Notes under the pieces: model-generated
Told to the model about the DNA's origin: nothing
Database searches by the model: none
The model's input: only the letters and a program-made list of their open reading frames with translations
From: Schmidtea polychroa
Lineage: Eukaryota
Reading direction: 5' to 3'
Length of the DNA: 64,000 bases
Assembly: GCA_044892525.1 (NCBI GenBank)
Contig: CM097885.1
Coordinates: 6,326,001 to 6,390,000, forward strand
Shown here: one piece after another, positions 46,900 to 61,808 of the stretch
Layout of the letters: each line of letters begins with the position of its first letter
How positions within the stretch are numbered: position 1 is the stretch's first letter
Translations under genes and position numbers: made by a program

Positions 46900-49090
46900 T
46901 TACTTCTCATAGGTCAATAATAATAATAAACTTTTTTCTCAAGCATATAAAATTTCTAAATTTTTTGTGTGTTTCAATTTTTTCAATTTTTTTTGTGTTC
47001 TTTTCAAGAGCTTTTCTCAATGTCCAAGATTTATGTGGTATACGAATTGGAAGGCCAGTGCGTTTCAGTTCTTTTAGGATCTTGAAGTCGAGTATGTAAT
47101 TAATGTATTGGATATTCAGATAAAAATATTTCTTTTTCATTTTTTTGTGTTATTTCCCTAGATATTTTTGGAGTAGAATTCATTCTTTCAATGTCCTTAC
47201 CTTGATATATGTTTCTGTATAGGATTTCATTGAAGTTTATTTGTTGATTATAGTTTTCGTTTTCTTCAGTACATCGATTGGGTATCCTTTGTTTCTCGTT
47301 TTTTATCACGTGTACTTTCTTTAAGTATGGAAGCGCTGATCTTTGGTGCATAAATATTTTTTTGCGAGTTGATTTTCTGTAAAACCCGAATGCTGGAGTA
47401 TCTAATTCTATTTTAATTTTTAAATCCAATAGATTGATTAATCCAATTTCTTCCGGATATTCGATTTCGAACTTAATATCTCGGTGAGCCGCATTAAATG
47501 TATGAAATATTTCCTCCGCTTCTTTTCTGCTTTTGGTCGTGATGAAGATATCATCAACATAGCTTGCAAAGAAACCGATGGGTTGTATGGTCCTCAGTGT
47601 CTGTCGATCGAGGTTATCCATAAAGATGATTGCTAGCAATCCTGATATGTTAGAACCCATAGGCAGACCTTTAGCTTGTTTATAGATATTTTGCTCAGTA
47701 TTCTCGGTATTCATTTCCTTTATTAACAAGTTGCTTTCTCTTATTTTTTTTTATTATTATTTTTTAGTATTATTTTTTTTAAATTTCTTTTCTAAACATT
47801 GAATAGCATCTTTTGGATCGATAGATGTGTATAGTGATACGACATCAAAGCTGAATGGGTATCTGAATTCTGTATGTGAAGTTATGTTATTATTTAATCT
47901 TGTCATGAGGCAGTCGCCACTTTGAAAATGATGTGGTATCGTGTAATGGTTTCAAGATCTTTGCAAGGAGCCAACTTGTTTTAGATGTTGATCAATTTGT
48001 GTTGGACACTTTAGGTCTTATTTTGATAGCAGGACCCTCTTTGTAAATTTTAATTAGGTGGTTGAAGTTGGGAAGATCAGAATGCTTTGTGACGAAGCTG
48101 TTGGTTATTCTGTTGTTGAGCTTCATTTCCAAAGCAATGGCTTTCCATACTTTGTTGATCGTCATTTCGACGGTGTTTGGTGACATGCGGCTGACTCTCT
48201 TGTATGTTTCGATGTTACCGAAGTGTTCGTAACCAGCTTCACAGTACCAAAATTTCTCTATAATGCAAAATTCTCCCCTTGTCACTTGTTACGTAAACCT
48301 ATGGTTTCTTTTAAAGGGATTTTAATAGTGCTTGTTTTTCTTTCGTTATGTTTGAGAGATATGGTTTTCTTTTGTCCTTCTCAACTATCTCCATGATTTT
48401 GTGGCAAACCTTTGAAAGTGTTGAATCTAATTCTGCATCAGGATTTGGTTGATAGAGTTTATCTGTGTTTATGTATACTGGGAGTTTTTCTTCGTTAATT
48501 TCATGATGTATTATATTGTTCCATTTGATCTGATACGCAATGCAACAAAGAGCTGTTTTGAAATTGAGGATAGCTGCTTCATCTATTTCACTGTTTATAC
48601 TGAACTTTAATTCTAGTGAAAGTATTCCTTTCTCACATTCGGATAAACAATTTGCGAGGTCGGTTACCAATTCTTTGTTTTCTCTATTTACTGTAATGCT
48701 TACGTTTCCATCCAGTGTTTCATTGTTCGTACTATAGCCTGCTTTGAGCTCCTTTTTTCTCAAAAGGTATTTGATTCTTTTGTCAAATGCCAGGAAATAA
48801 TGTGCTTCTGCTGTCATGAAAGCTTGTCTTTGTACCTCGTAGATCAATTCTTTTGGCTGGTTATTCAAATACGTTTTCAAAATATTTTCTTGATTCTATT
48901 GTTCCCGATGAGTTTCTGCGTACATACCTCTAATTAAATTTGTTTATATATACTCTTTGATGTTTTTATTTCTCTTAATGTTTTGATCTTTGTTGAGAAT
49001 CTGAGGTAAGTGGATGTTGTCAATTGTTGTAGGATAGATATTTGTTTCTTTATAATTTCTTTGACCTTGAACTTCTCTAAAAACAATTTG
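46900..49090 (-). mobile_element. Degenerate Penelope-like retroelement (reverse transcriptase)
   Basis: Frameshifted ORFs contain PFSFDVVSLYTSID, YKQAKGLPMGSNISGLLA, YVDDIF, INLLDLKI and FYRKST, the PLE RT motifs. Confidence 0.85.
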
Positions 49091-49387
49091 CCGAGGGGAG
49101 TGGCTTATCATCTACTCATGTGTTTTATATTATGTGTGCTGTGTTTTTATGTAAAATTATTTTTCCATCAATTTCTCAATTCCTATAATAAAACTTTAAA
49201 CTTTCGGAACATTAAATTTTTACACACAGGTAAGTTTGTTTGTTTCTTTAATATAATTGTATCGAGTTTTTTTAAGATTATAGAAACTTTTATATTTCGG
49301 ATTTAGCTGTAATACTAACTTTACCAAATCATGCTGGTTTAAATAGATATTAGGCCACTGGTGCTTGAAATGAATGCTAATGCTAAT

Positions 49388-49389
49388 GC

Positions 49390-49454
<65 letters not shown>
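49388..49454. repeat. (AAT)n microsatellite
   Basis: Perfect trinucleotide run. Confidence 0.95.
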
Positions 49455-49455
<1 letters not shown>

Positions 49456-52071
49456 GTCCCGCGAGAGTAAATACTCACCTCTGAATTAACTTAAGTTTGA
49501 TATGTATATTATAAGGTTTTAAAATTTGGACCTTGGACCTTTCAAAAGTATGCCCATAATACTCACCTTTGAATAAGCTTTTGTTTGATATATACATATT
49601 ATAAGGTTTGAAAAAATTCGACGGTTTTTGACCTATTGAAGGTTGAGGACAAACCATACACCTTCCAGGGTATAATTATTTTATAGCGCTCTTCAAGACC
49701 TTCCGAATGATACCCATATATATAATTTGACCCTTTCAAATTTGAATATAAGTATTTTGTAATGAGTCACTCCGTAGAGTCATCGATGCCTTTGTTTACC
49801 AATGAGTCATGGAGCACACTTCTCTCTACTCTTATATCAACAAAACTGTGACATTTCATTTAATCTATTGAGTTTTTAATTAAATAAATATTAAAGTCGC
49901 TGTTTCTGACTGGACGTGTTCTATAAAAACATTTAGACAAACAAAACAACATATTTATGTATAAAATTCGTTAAATATACAATTCACAAAACCTCGAATA
50001 TCGCAATAAATGTCTATTCTGACTGTTCAATAAGTTTTCGCTGTGACCACTTTGGTTCTGCACGTTCTATTTGAGATGTCGTTTTATTATTGAAATGCTC
50101 GCTTTATTTGGTAAATAGAAAATGTAGTAAATAAAACAAATCTTAATTTGAACCAGCAATGCAAATTAATAAATCAATAAATCAATAAATCAAAATATTG
50201 AAAATCTATAAAATATTTTAAAAAATCTCAATTTTCCACTTCGTTATTTCTTTGACAAAATCTTTCCAAATTTTGAGTTTATTCATAGCAGCCCTTCAAT
50301 GTTATCATAATAAAGCATTAAACAATTTGTCTTTTTATTGTAAATTGATTCTACATTAGAGTAAGTCATTGTGATTAAATTATGATAATTTATTGTTTTA
50401 ATAGGCTATTTTTACTATTGTAATTTAAAGGAGATTTATAGTTCAATGCCAATGAAGATGTTTTTATAATAATAAAATCCTGAGTGGAAAAATATTAATT
50501 AAAATATTTTAATTTTATAGAAAATAAATAAATATCAATTTAAAAATAATATTTAATTAATAATTATAAAAAAATCTAAAAAATTTAATTAGTTCAAAAA
50601 AAACCAAAATTCTTTAAGGGGTCTCACAAAACAGTCAAATATTAAATTTTATTCAGATCTCATTTAAACAAAATTATCTAAAATTCACTAACAATGGACA
50701 AAAATAAAGAAATGTAAAATGAAAGAGTGACAGTCAAATGAATGTCATCAGGTAGAAATTGCCCGCTTATAACAGATCTAATTTGGAAATGGTGTAAAAT
50801 ATTATTGCTACATAAATTCTGCCTAAATTGCATTTATTTCGTATTTTGATAAAAAAACAAATATTAATTAAAAAATTTGAATGTAAAAATAAATAAATAT
50901 TAGTATAAAAATAAACATAAATTACAAAAAACATATGTAAAGCCAAATATATATATATAAGCCATATTCTTTCGCTTTGCTTTATTGAGATTTCATTTTA
51001 ATATAAAATTATTTAAAATTCTTTTCCTAAAAACACATTTAAATAAAACATTTATTTTGAACATTAGACAAAGATAAAAAAATGTAAAATGAAAGCGTTC
51101 AAATATTTGATAAACTCAATGAAAATGAGAGATTTTGTGACTCTACAGAAGGCTTTGATGTTGAAATGTTCAATGTTTCTATGGATATTATTGTTGGGAA
51201 TGTGATGGAGATTTCAAGGAACTCCTAAAGGTGTAAATTTGGTTGCCGCCTTGAGCCCAGCAACATGATAATGATAATGATAATTTGGCTGGCCTTCAAG
51301 GGATTCTATCAAATGCATTTTCACCTTCAATTATAAGAAATGCTCAGTTGCAATATTATTATAATAAATTCAAATAAATGATCTGATAGAAATCTAACAT
51401 GGCTGCCATAATATCTGATCCGCATTGATATAATAGATCAGATAATGACAGCAATTGTGAGATCCCCTGATGATGTGTGTTGCATGCTCATAATGACAGC
51501 TGTTCAATAAATAATTCAATTTCATATCAATATAATGCTAATTTTCATTGATTTTCTCATTTATTGGTGGCGGCAATTCCGATATTATTGATATTTGAGG
51601 GAAATTGGTTGAGAAATATAAAATAGCAATTGAAATCTCAATTTGTAAACAAAGCAGCGTAACAATTGAGGGGAAATTAAAATGCAAAAATTTCACTTAT
51701 CGGAAAGAAAATAAAAATTAAAAATGTTTCCAAATAGAAAAAAAATATTTTGAATATAAAATGAAAAAGTAAAAATTTCAAAATATTTCAATTCAAAATC
51801 ACGAGCAACAATAAAATTTGATTCAAAACAACTCAATAAATGGATCTGCACAAAGCTCATTAAATGCTGATCCGATTTGATCCAATCAGCATTAAATGCG
51901 GTTACAGCTGATCCACAGCATCAATAATGTTGCAATCAGTTTATAATTGGGCAAATGCATCAATAACTGATCCAGACAAATTGATCCACCAGCACAAGGC
52001 AAATAATAAATCAGATCAAAATCCAAAATAAATCAATTTTTATTGAAATGTTTTTTGTAATTTTCTCGTAA

Positions 52072-53528
52072 TTATTCAATTCTGCACCTGAGCAGCAATT
52101 TATCACTTTTGGCTGCAAATTGATAGATTGATTGATAATCAAAATAATTCCAAATTGGATCATTTCTGTCATTTGACGGTTTCCACCATGCGACATGATC
52201 AGAGTATTGATCACGGCAATATGACTTGCTCATATAAATGTTGCCATTTGCTGGATCGATCACATCGATTGTCACGGATGGATTGAACAGCCAATCCAAT
52301 TGCTCATCATTTGCCCCACGCATCAAACAGAAACCAGTCATAACCCCATCATCCCCAATCATCACCGCCAAGCACATTTTGTAACCGATTGGCCCGGAAT
52401 AAAATGCCTGGCTGTAAATATTTTCATATCTCTTTTGTTGTGATAATTTATCGATTTGCCATTCAAAAAATCCATAATTTATATATTTTTCATTTGCTAT
52501 TTTTCTTTTTTTCGACGGAATTTCATTGGCGCATTTTGCCATTTCAAGCTGCAACTGAATCTCAAATTCAAACATTTCAATAAATCAATAAATCACCTTT
52601 TCATTATCCTTTTGCAGCCGCTGCTCGCATTTCTCTTTAATCTCATCAATTTGCTGCTGACAGTTTGATTCAATCACCTCAATTTGCTGTCTGACCTGCT
52701 TTGCATCAATAACAATTCAATAATAAATCAAATCAATAATCAAACTTGATTGATTGATCCAATATTTGTCTCCATCTCCATTCTCAATGAGCGATTCTCA
52801 TTCTTCACTGCCACCATTTCCTCATTCAATTCTTCTATTTCTGCTCTGTTCTCCGCCTCTTTCCTTTCAATATTGCACAATTTCACCTACAATCACAAAT
52901 ATCAATTAAATTAATTACAAATAAAATTTACATTGATATTATCAAATTGTTGTTTGAATTGCGTCATTTCTCCTTTCAATTCGATAATTTCATTACGCAA
53001 TTTCATATTCTGATCTCTCATTGCTTGCATCTCATTGCATAAATTACTGATCTGATCAATCAATAATTTGCTGTGGCCTTCATTGTTTTCATTGAGATGG
53101 GCTTTCATTTCGTCTTTTACCACCTCATTTATTTCACATCCAATTCTATTGAATGGGCATCTGATTGGCTGCTTGTTGCATGTTCTCATGTGGCTCTCCA
53201 TCATGCACAACTCGGTTTTGAATTCACAATTTTGCATTGGACATTTTACAATAACTTCAGATATTTGTAAATTCACTGAATGATCCACAGAAACATCTTT
53301 AGTGAAAAGAATCGTTAGAACTTCACAATATTTTGCTGCTCCTGGACAGAATTTATCTTTTCCTTCCAAATAATGCTCAATGCAATCAGAACAAAAGTGA
53401 CACCCGCAAGGAGCTTGGCAAGCTTTTATCATTAAACATTTGCATATTCTGCACATCAAATCATTGCTGATTTCATTATCAAATTCAAATTTATTTCTCT
53501 TCATCATTTCCCATATGCTTGAAAACAT
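52072..53528 (-). CDS. TRAF-like protein (RING, TRAF zinc finger, coiled coil, MATH); 4 exons
   Basis: RING CRICKCLMIKACQAPCGCHFCSDC...CP. Zinc fingers CPMQNC...HMRTC and CPFNRIGC...HL. Coiled-coil exons are joined by ~45-nt GT-AG introns (e.g. 52887-52931). MATH domain FEWQI...SQAFYSGPIGYKMCL...LMRGANDEQLDWLF. Confidence 0.88.
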
Positions 53529-55599
53529 TTTATCTAAAATTAACAAAATTTTCAACATTTTACAATTTTCACAAATCATACTTATTATATTAATTATTTC
53601 TGATGTTTACAATTTCAATATTTATAATTTGTATTTTAATGTAGATAAACAAACAATTTATAAATATTGTATTTTAGCTTTGAGTGTAATTCGAAATTTT
53701 ATTAATGTTAATTTTCATTGTTTTTTTATTTTAAATCTTACAAAATTATTTAAATTAAAAGTTGATAACATAAAGTAAAATTTTGATGGAAATTTAAATA
53801 ACAGAAAATCAAAATTAAAAATAGGTCAAAATATAAAAATTAATATTTTTCATAAAAAATTAAAATTAAAATATATTAATTTAAAGAATTTTATCTAAAA
53901 TTAGAATTTATTTGAACAGATTAGAAAGAAATTCAAAATCATCAGAGCAAAAATAGAAATTTAACAAAAAATCAATATTGTTAATTCAAATACTTTTTAA
54001 CAAAATAAAAAAAAATATTTCATTCAATTTTTAAAGAAAAAGATTTGAATAAAATTTTACTCTGTAACGCTAAGCAGGTTATTAGTGTATTCAGGAATTA
54101 TGGGGTTTTAGCCTTTGATCTAATGATCTCGTTATGGTTATAAATATTGGGAATGATCCACAATTGGGTAAGGATATTTCAATGATCCAAATATTAGAAT
54201 AGAGTAAAATAAATAAATCAATAAACTTAATATGTGAAAATGTTAAAAATCGAAATATTTTGTCAGACTCGAATGTTTCAAATCAATAATTGTGAAAAGA
54301 AATAAATTATTAAAATATTTCAAAGTTTTTCAACATTCATAAATCATAATTATAGATAATAATTATTTCCTCTTACTTTTGAAATTTCAATATTTAAATA
54401 TGTTTTTTATAGATAAACAAATATTTTATAAATATTGGTTTTTTAATGTTAATTTTTCAGTGTTTTTCGAATTTATTTGTAACTTAAAATTAATATTTTT
54501 TAAAATCTAAGAAAATTATTTCAATCAATATTGTTATTGAAATTTAAATGTTATTGAAAATATTTTTTAATATGAAAATGCAAATTTTTAAAAAGATTTT
54601 GACTACAAAATGGCTACGTCTAGGAGCGGAAGGAAATGAAATGTGCCCAAATGTCATTTATAAGTTAAGTAAACAATCCAACAAACCATAATTAATAACC
54701 ACCAGAATCTAAGCGATCAATTGAAGAAAAACGAGGTTCATTCATGCGCATCCAACAGTAAGGTTATACTGTTATTTATGGATTTTATATTTATGTTTGG
54801 TAAATCGATATGCAAAATTCTTTAATTTTTACATTTTACTTCTTTGAATTCATAAAATTAATAATTTTCACTTTAGCAGGTCACAGGCATTGAGAGAAGT
54901 GAAACATTTAGGTTACGAAACGAACTCATATCATGACCAAAAATTCCGAATTTTGTTTTTTAATGATATAAAAATGAAACTAAAATTTAGTTTTGAATTT
55001 CAGAGTGAGTTGAGATAGAATCGTATGACACTATGAAACCCAGGAATTGTTCACTGAGACGCAGAAAATATATGCCAAGAAAGAGTTTAGACTAGAAGAG
55101 AGTGAGTTAGATATTGATCGTGAATATAGACGAATGATATTTTGAGGCAGCGGCGTTAACATCAATCAGGAATGAGTGGCGCAATGAGTTGCAGTCAGTC
55201 AGAAGAACGTGATGTGATGCGATAAATTTCTAGTTACGAAATTAACATTATTGACATTACAAACGAAATTCAATTGTTGTTTAGCTGTTCTTCATAATAT
55301 ATTATGAATATGTTTTTACTGTACATCCTGTTTTGTGCGTAACGTGAAGTCAATTGTTTATTTGGTAAATGACTGTTATACGGTGTTTTAAATTAATTAA
55401 ATTAAAAACTCATTCAAATGTTAAAAAGTGCACGCTTCAAATTGATTTTATAAATGTTCAAGGATTAGTAAACAGTAATAAAACAAAAGCGCTGCAACCT
55501 GTTACTTTTTTCAACGTTGTATTTCCAAATGTATTTCTCTTTAGATTCCTCCTTTTTTCCTAATAAAATACTTCGAAAGTGACCTCATCCCTCGATATT

Positions 55600-56330
55600 T
55601 GTTTTGTGCACTTTCATATTGTACTGTGAACCTTACTATTACTTTAACGACAAGCGGACTCGCTTTCAGTGATCAGAGAGAAAAGTTGGGAAATGTGGTT
55701 TCTGTGAATTGTGGAAATTTTGTATCAGTCATAGATCATTTGGCGGCATATGACCCAGTGTTGAAAGAACTTATTGAACAACCTGGTAGGACCAACCAAA
55801 TATTTAAGCCCAACAGTGCAGAATGAAGTAATAGAGATAATTTTTATTGATTTTGGTTCTGAATGATGCAGTTTCTCAATTACACGAACTATCACAATTC
55901 TTAAATGTTATTCAATGGATTTATACGTTATACGGATTTATTGGTTCCAGTTTCAAACGTTAGAACATTCTGTCATTGGTTACAACTAAATCGAATATCA
56001 AACTCAAGGCACTGTGCCTAACAAGATGGTCATACCAGGAAGAGTGCATAGCAGATATATTGAGAGCATTGATAAATATAAATCTGATCGAGAAAAGAAA
56101 AGATATAATTGAATTTGTTTATCTTCTGGTTGTGCTCACAAAAATTTTTCAAAGTGTGAATATTATATCAAAAATTGCTCCAGGCTGATAAAATTGACTT
56201 AATGAGTGTTTGAACTTTGCTTAAAATTATGTTTGAACTCATGTCAGCATTCAGGAACAAATCGAATGAATACTATATTGCCAAGGAAATGGCAGTCTCT
56301 CTTGCCCAACAATGGTGTGTAGAGACAAAT
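55600..56330 (+). mobile_element. Degenerate hAT (ZMYM1/DUF4371-like) transposase remnant
   Basis: Fragments GLAFS...NCGNFVSVIDHLAAYDPVLKE and LKALCLTRWS in broken frames. Confidence 0.6.
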
Positions 56331-58144
56331 TTTGGCTTATCGGTTTAGAGGAATGCGGGTTGTGGTAAATAAATTTGACATACTGCCATCACAGATGATC
56401 ATCTATTCACAAAGGCGAAAAGGTTACAACAGTATAAAGGTTAGATCATATTACTGTACCTCAGAAGGAATTCATTCCGGCAACTACAGCGGCTATAGTG
56501 GAATAGAAAATGTTATAAAAACCAAGATTACCCGAACATCCAACAACATCAGAGCAACCACAGGCAAAGAGAAAATGGAAGTCACCAGAAGATCTACCAC
56601 CACCTCCAACAATATCGATAGGTGAAGAAGATGAATACAAAACATGCGTGAGTGAAGCAGAAACAGCGAAATCAACCAAACAACCTAACAGCGCTGCCTA
56701 CCAGCCGACGGAAGGGAAAAAAGTTGCGACAGTCAAAGAAAACTAAGAACTAAAAAGATATTAAAACCAAAGTTAAAAAGATATTAAAGAAAATGTTACC
56801 GGCAAAAAGAGATAAATTCAAATTTAAATCTGAAGAGCCATTGAAAGCACCATCCAAAAAGGAGGAAGAAATTAAGATTAGACCAAAGGAAATATTTAAC
56901 GAGCCAGACGACGAGATCATGGAAGTTGCCTTCTAAACTCCGGTCAAGGAACTGCAAGAAGTAATTCAGGTGAAGTCGGAACCCGTAGTCCGCAAAAAAT
57001 GTTAAAAATCTCCAAGGAAAATATAATAAAGAAACCTGTGTCAGTTGACCTGGATGGATTCGAACCAATGAGGTAGACGATAGAGGTAGACTTTGGAAAC
57101 CCAGAGCCAAAGAGTACGACTGCCTACCTGTCACTACGATGGCTATAAATGGCTATCTAACGTCATATTAACAAGTACCTTAGACAATGATAAAACTTAA
57201 GCAGTGAGTTTATAGCCAGAAGTTCTAAAGAAGCGGGAAAATAAACTAAAGCGACAATAGGAAATGGTTACAGCACAATGGAATTACGCCTATGCAAGGT
57301 TCTAGAACCAGATTCCAACTATCTGGATGTCTAATAAATGCAAGTTGCCCATCAAAATATATAACTTTATAAAATTGATCGTTCTCGTTACGCCGATGTT
57401 ATATAGTATGATTTAAATATATTTAACGAATTTATGGCATTTTAGTGGTGTAATTGCTATAAATATTGTTTATAGTAATTTATTTATCCTAGAATTATAT
57501 GTAAATATTTGTAATATTATTAAAATCTTGTAAACATGATTTGGATTTTAGTATTTCTCGATATGTATAGGTTATATAGTATCATTTAATGAATTTCTGA
57601 ACCTTAGTAGTATAATTGATATATTTTACTTTTATATGGAATTTTTATCTAGGAGTAGGCAGGTGGAAGGGCAACGAGTGGAGCGTAAAATCTTATTCAT
57701 TGTTTTGGTTACAATTTTATATGTTTTCATCAAAAGTCGTAGATATTAATAATCAGCACATCAGCAATCATGAATAAGGTGTATCATGGAGTTATAGAAT
57801 AGGCAAGGCCCTAGTAGAAGCCGAGAATGATACTTAATTGTCAGATCGTCAAATCTTAATAACTACTGCAGACATCTAAATACAATAGATAGGATGATCT
57901 TCCAAACTGTTCCTTTCCATTAAGCTTCAAAACAATAAGAAATCCTATTGGCAGAATTTATTAACACGTTAGCACGACATTTAAAATTAGAAAATGGTTG
58001 AAGCTACCAATCCAGTTATCTACAATTTCCCCTTATCAATACTCTTATAATCATGAGGATATATAATGTATATATAGTAGTACGAAAATTTTGACAACAA
58101 GCATAAGACAAGCGCAATAATAATAACGGTAGCTATGAACACAG

Positions 58145-58282
<138 letters not shown>

Positions 58283-59839
58283 TTAGAAATTTAAAAATAA
58301 TGAAAATAATAATTATGCAAGATGAATAACCACTATGAGGATAGTAATAAGTTAGTAAGGATCTTCCTAGTCACAATAAGTGACCATAAATTTAAGTTAA
58401 CAACAACAATAATAATAATAAAGTAAAGATATTTTGGTACTAATAATAATGCCCCTTTTGGTAACGATAAAATAGATATATTTTAGTAATGATGATAATG
58501 GTCAATTTGGTAATAACAACTCTCAGTTCTAGTGAGAACAAAATACATATTTTTGATAACCCATGCGCCAACATTAATGTTGAGAGGGCATAAGATAAAT
58601 CGAGCTTTAAAAATGTTATTGGAAATTGAAAAAAGTTTTACTGAAATATTTGAGCATCAAATACTCGCAACAAAACATTTAATCAAAGTAAACCTTGGAT
58701 TACTAATATGACTTTCAAAATAATAATCAATGTCGTCACCAACATTCAAAATCTAAATTATCAAAGGTAAATTCTGCATCAGTCCCTCTAGCCAATGCAG
58801 TAGCTGTTGATTTTGATGCAGGCACAAACCTTCATTTGGAGGTTGCCTTTAATAACTTTATATCTTTTCTCGTTGTCATTTTTTATATCTGCGCGTTTTA
58901 ATGTTAAAGATGGCAATGATTCCTCATCAATATCAACATTTAAAGCAATCATTATCACCATAGTTCTATTTCCTAAATGCATCAAGTATCTACACCTTTA
59001 CAAGAGGTATTACAATTGTCAGTGCAATCTGATTGGATAATAATTCTTTAAAAGTCATCCGATTTCAAGAGTTCATTTCAATTCTACAGACGTGTCATAG
59101 GAACCTGAAAATCATCTCTATTGTTAAGAAGGAATCATTTATTATCTCTAATGATAAAATATAATAATCGCTTAGCTTTAGCTGTGTAAGTGTCGGCCTC
59201 TTCATAGTAATTAATTGTACAAAATTATTTATTCTACTTATTGTATCCTGAGAAATTATGTTTTTAATTTATCAATTCTGACATTCAGCATCAGTTTTTC
59301 CTGACCACTGATTATAAAATATGAAGTTGTAGGAATTTTTCCAACTAGTTCAGAACACCAAATTTCAAAATCATCGATTTTCAAAGAATTGCAAGTTTCC
59401 AGGTCAATGATTGAATGAGAAAGTAAAACATTGCGGAAATAGTTGACAACATAATTTTGTAAGTAATATTAGTAGAATATTTTACAGCACCTTTCAGGTT
59501 TAAATAGTATAGATGAGAAATTATTTCAACTGTGTTATTTGGCAAAGCTGGAAGGAATAAGAGCCGATCTATTTCCTTATCATCCTGACTCATTTCATAA
59601 AGATCAAATAATCCCAGAGTTAACATAATATCTGAAGCGTTTTTTGAACTGGTTCTTCTTTATCAGATTTGCTATCAATAATAATTTAACCTTCAGTAAA
59701 AGTAATTTCTTTTCAAAATTCTGATTTAATTTTAAATAATGAATTAAATTAATCAAATTATATTTAATTTCAGGAAATTCAATGTAAAATATTTTTAATT
59801 TGAGATCTGGTTAAATTTACTGAATCAGCATTTATAACT

Positions 59840-60005
59840 TCACTTTCATAGCAATCAGAACAACCAGAACTATCATAATTATCAGAACTATCAGAACAAT
59901 TAGAAATATCAGACCTATTTGAACTATCAGAGCAATCAGAAATATCCTAACTACCAGAGCTACCAGAAATATCAGAGCAATCAGAGCTATCAGAGCTACC
60001 AGAAA
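59840..60005. repeat. Degenerate 9-bp tandem repeat (ATCAGARCT-like)
   Basis: About 18 units; the minus strand reads as Ser-Asp/Gly-Xaa triplets. Confidence 0.75.
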
Positions 60006-60580
60006 TTGTAAGATCCTCATCATAAAGTCTCCATTGACATTTATCTCCGATTTTACAATAAAGTCCGGTAATTGTTTCTGCAGTTTAAGAACTTGAAGTT
60101 AATCAGAACAGTTAATGAGATGTCTACTTACCATAAATGCATATTGATCATTTATTTCCGACTTTGGTAGTCATGGACAGCTATTTTGGAAATGTGATTA
60201 GTCGGTGAAAGTCAAAGAACAGGCATCCAGACTGTCCCACCACATATTTTTACTGGAGACGCTGTCGGGCATTAAAGATTTGTCTTCTACATCAAGTCAG
60301 AAAATAGTTACAAAGAACTAATAAATAATTAATAATAATAAAATCGCGACATTTATGATCCCATACATCAAGTCACAAAATAATTATAAAGAACTAATAA
60401 ATAACCACTAATAATAAGTACACAACAGAAGGTAAGGTAGTGCAATCATTATGATCAGATGAGATGGAGGTGGAGTTGGATTCAGAATAGGTATTATTTC
60501 TAGAAGGTATGAATTGTTGAGCTACAACATCATTGAGTAAAGGATCCTCAGGTATTTCAGTAGTAGACAATAGACTAGAT

Positions 60581-61808
60581 CAGCGTTTCCCAAAGTGTGT
60601 TCCACGGAACCCTGGGGTTCCGTGGACTGATAGCAGGGGTTCCGCGAACATTTTGTAAATAAATATATAATTTATAAAAGAAAACATTTATCAATAAAGA
60701 TAAATAAATAATTCTCGATTTTATTCGATCCAATTTAAAATTCTTTTTCAAATCTTTTTCAAAGGGAAACTACAGTTTTTGTAATTATATTGTTTTAAAA
60801 TACGCATTAAAAATACGAATTTAAAATTTGTTTTAAAAAAATTTAATAATAAAAAGGTAAGTTATTTTTTCATTTTTTGAAAATATTCGTATGAGTAATT
60901 TTTTATCATCGATAAATTTTGTGAATAGTTAACCCAAATTTTTGTGATGATGGAACATTGTTTAAAACAAGAGACTTTAAAAAATAAAAACACCTACTGC
61001 TGACAACAATACTGCTGAAGATATTTCTGAAGAACCGAAGCCTAACACTTCTACAAAAAGTGATCATTCTCTATTAAAAATACCAACAAATGAGTCAATC
61101 TTGTGTATAAAAAACGAAAAAAGGGTTCGTCGTTTTGCTTGTTTTTGTACATTATAATTTTGGCAAGTCAATAGAAGAAGATTTACTTTTATGCAATTTT
61201 TTAGAAACAACTTTAAACAGCATTCAAAATTTTATGAAAACACATGATAATAATTGGCTTAAGTGTATTGATGTTTGTAGTGATGGTGCAAAATCAAGGG
61301 TTGGGAAAACTGCGGGCGTTATATCGAGAATTAAAAATATTGTACCAACTTGTAGCAGCAGTCATTGTGTCCTTATTACGCACGCTCTTGTATGTAAGAA
61401 AATTTCTATTGACTTGAAAACTGTTTTGAATGAATTGTTATTTTATTAAGGCGCCACTGCAGTCGAGGCTCTTCAAAATTATTTGTGAAGACATGGGAAA
61501 TCAACACACCGCTCTTCTTTGACAATCAGAAGTAAGGTGGTTGTCGCGAGGCAAAGTTTTATTCCGAGTTTTTGAATTATGGCGAAAGCTTGCTATGTTT
61601 TTTATCCGGAGCGGGACATTTCAGTCCAACCGTTTCAATCCTGGTCAAATCAGTCCCATCTTAATCAGTCCCGTCTGCTTCAGTCTCAACCAATTTACCT
61701 CATATTATTATTCCCAATGTTAAAATTCTAAGATTTTTGTAAAAAGGGTTCCGTCAAAAATTTGAAATCTAAAAGGGTCCCGCGGTGAAAAAACTTTGGA
61801 AAACGATG
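60581..61808 (+). mobile_element. Internally deleted hAT (Charlie/Buster) transposon with 8-bp TSD
   Basis: GACTAGAT|CAGCGTTTCCCAAAGT ... ACTTTGGAAAACGATG|GACTAGAT. Transposase remnants CSDGAK..VG, HCVLITHAL and EVRWLSRGKVL. Confidence 0.9.

Noticed and set aside
49110..49240. Sequence repeated in inverted orientation at about 63170-63310
   Set aside because: A diverged dispersed repeat. No TIR or TSD evidence that the two copies bound a single 14-kb element.
56330..57360. Coding-like, more GC-rich fragment
   Set aside because: Multiple stops and frameshifts and no motif I can assign; probably TE debris.
58700..59630. Possible protein kinase remnant (LKIDDF-like and DIKNDN-like words)
   Set aside because: The motifs are in the wrong order and too degenerate to support a call.
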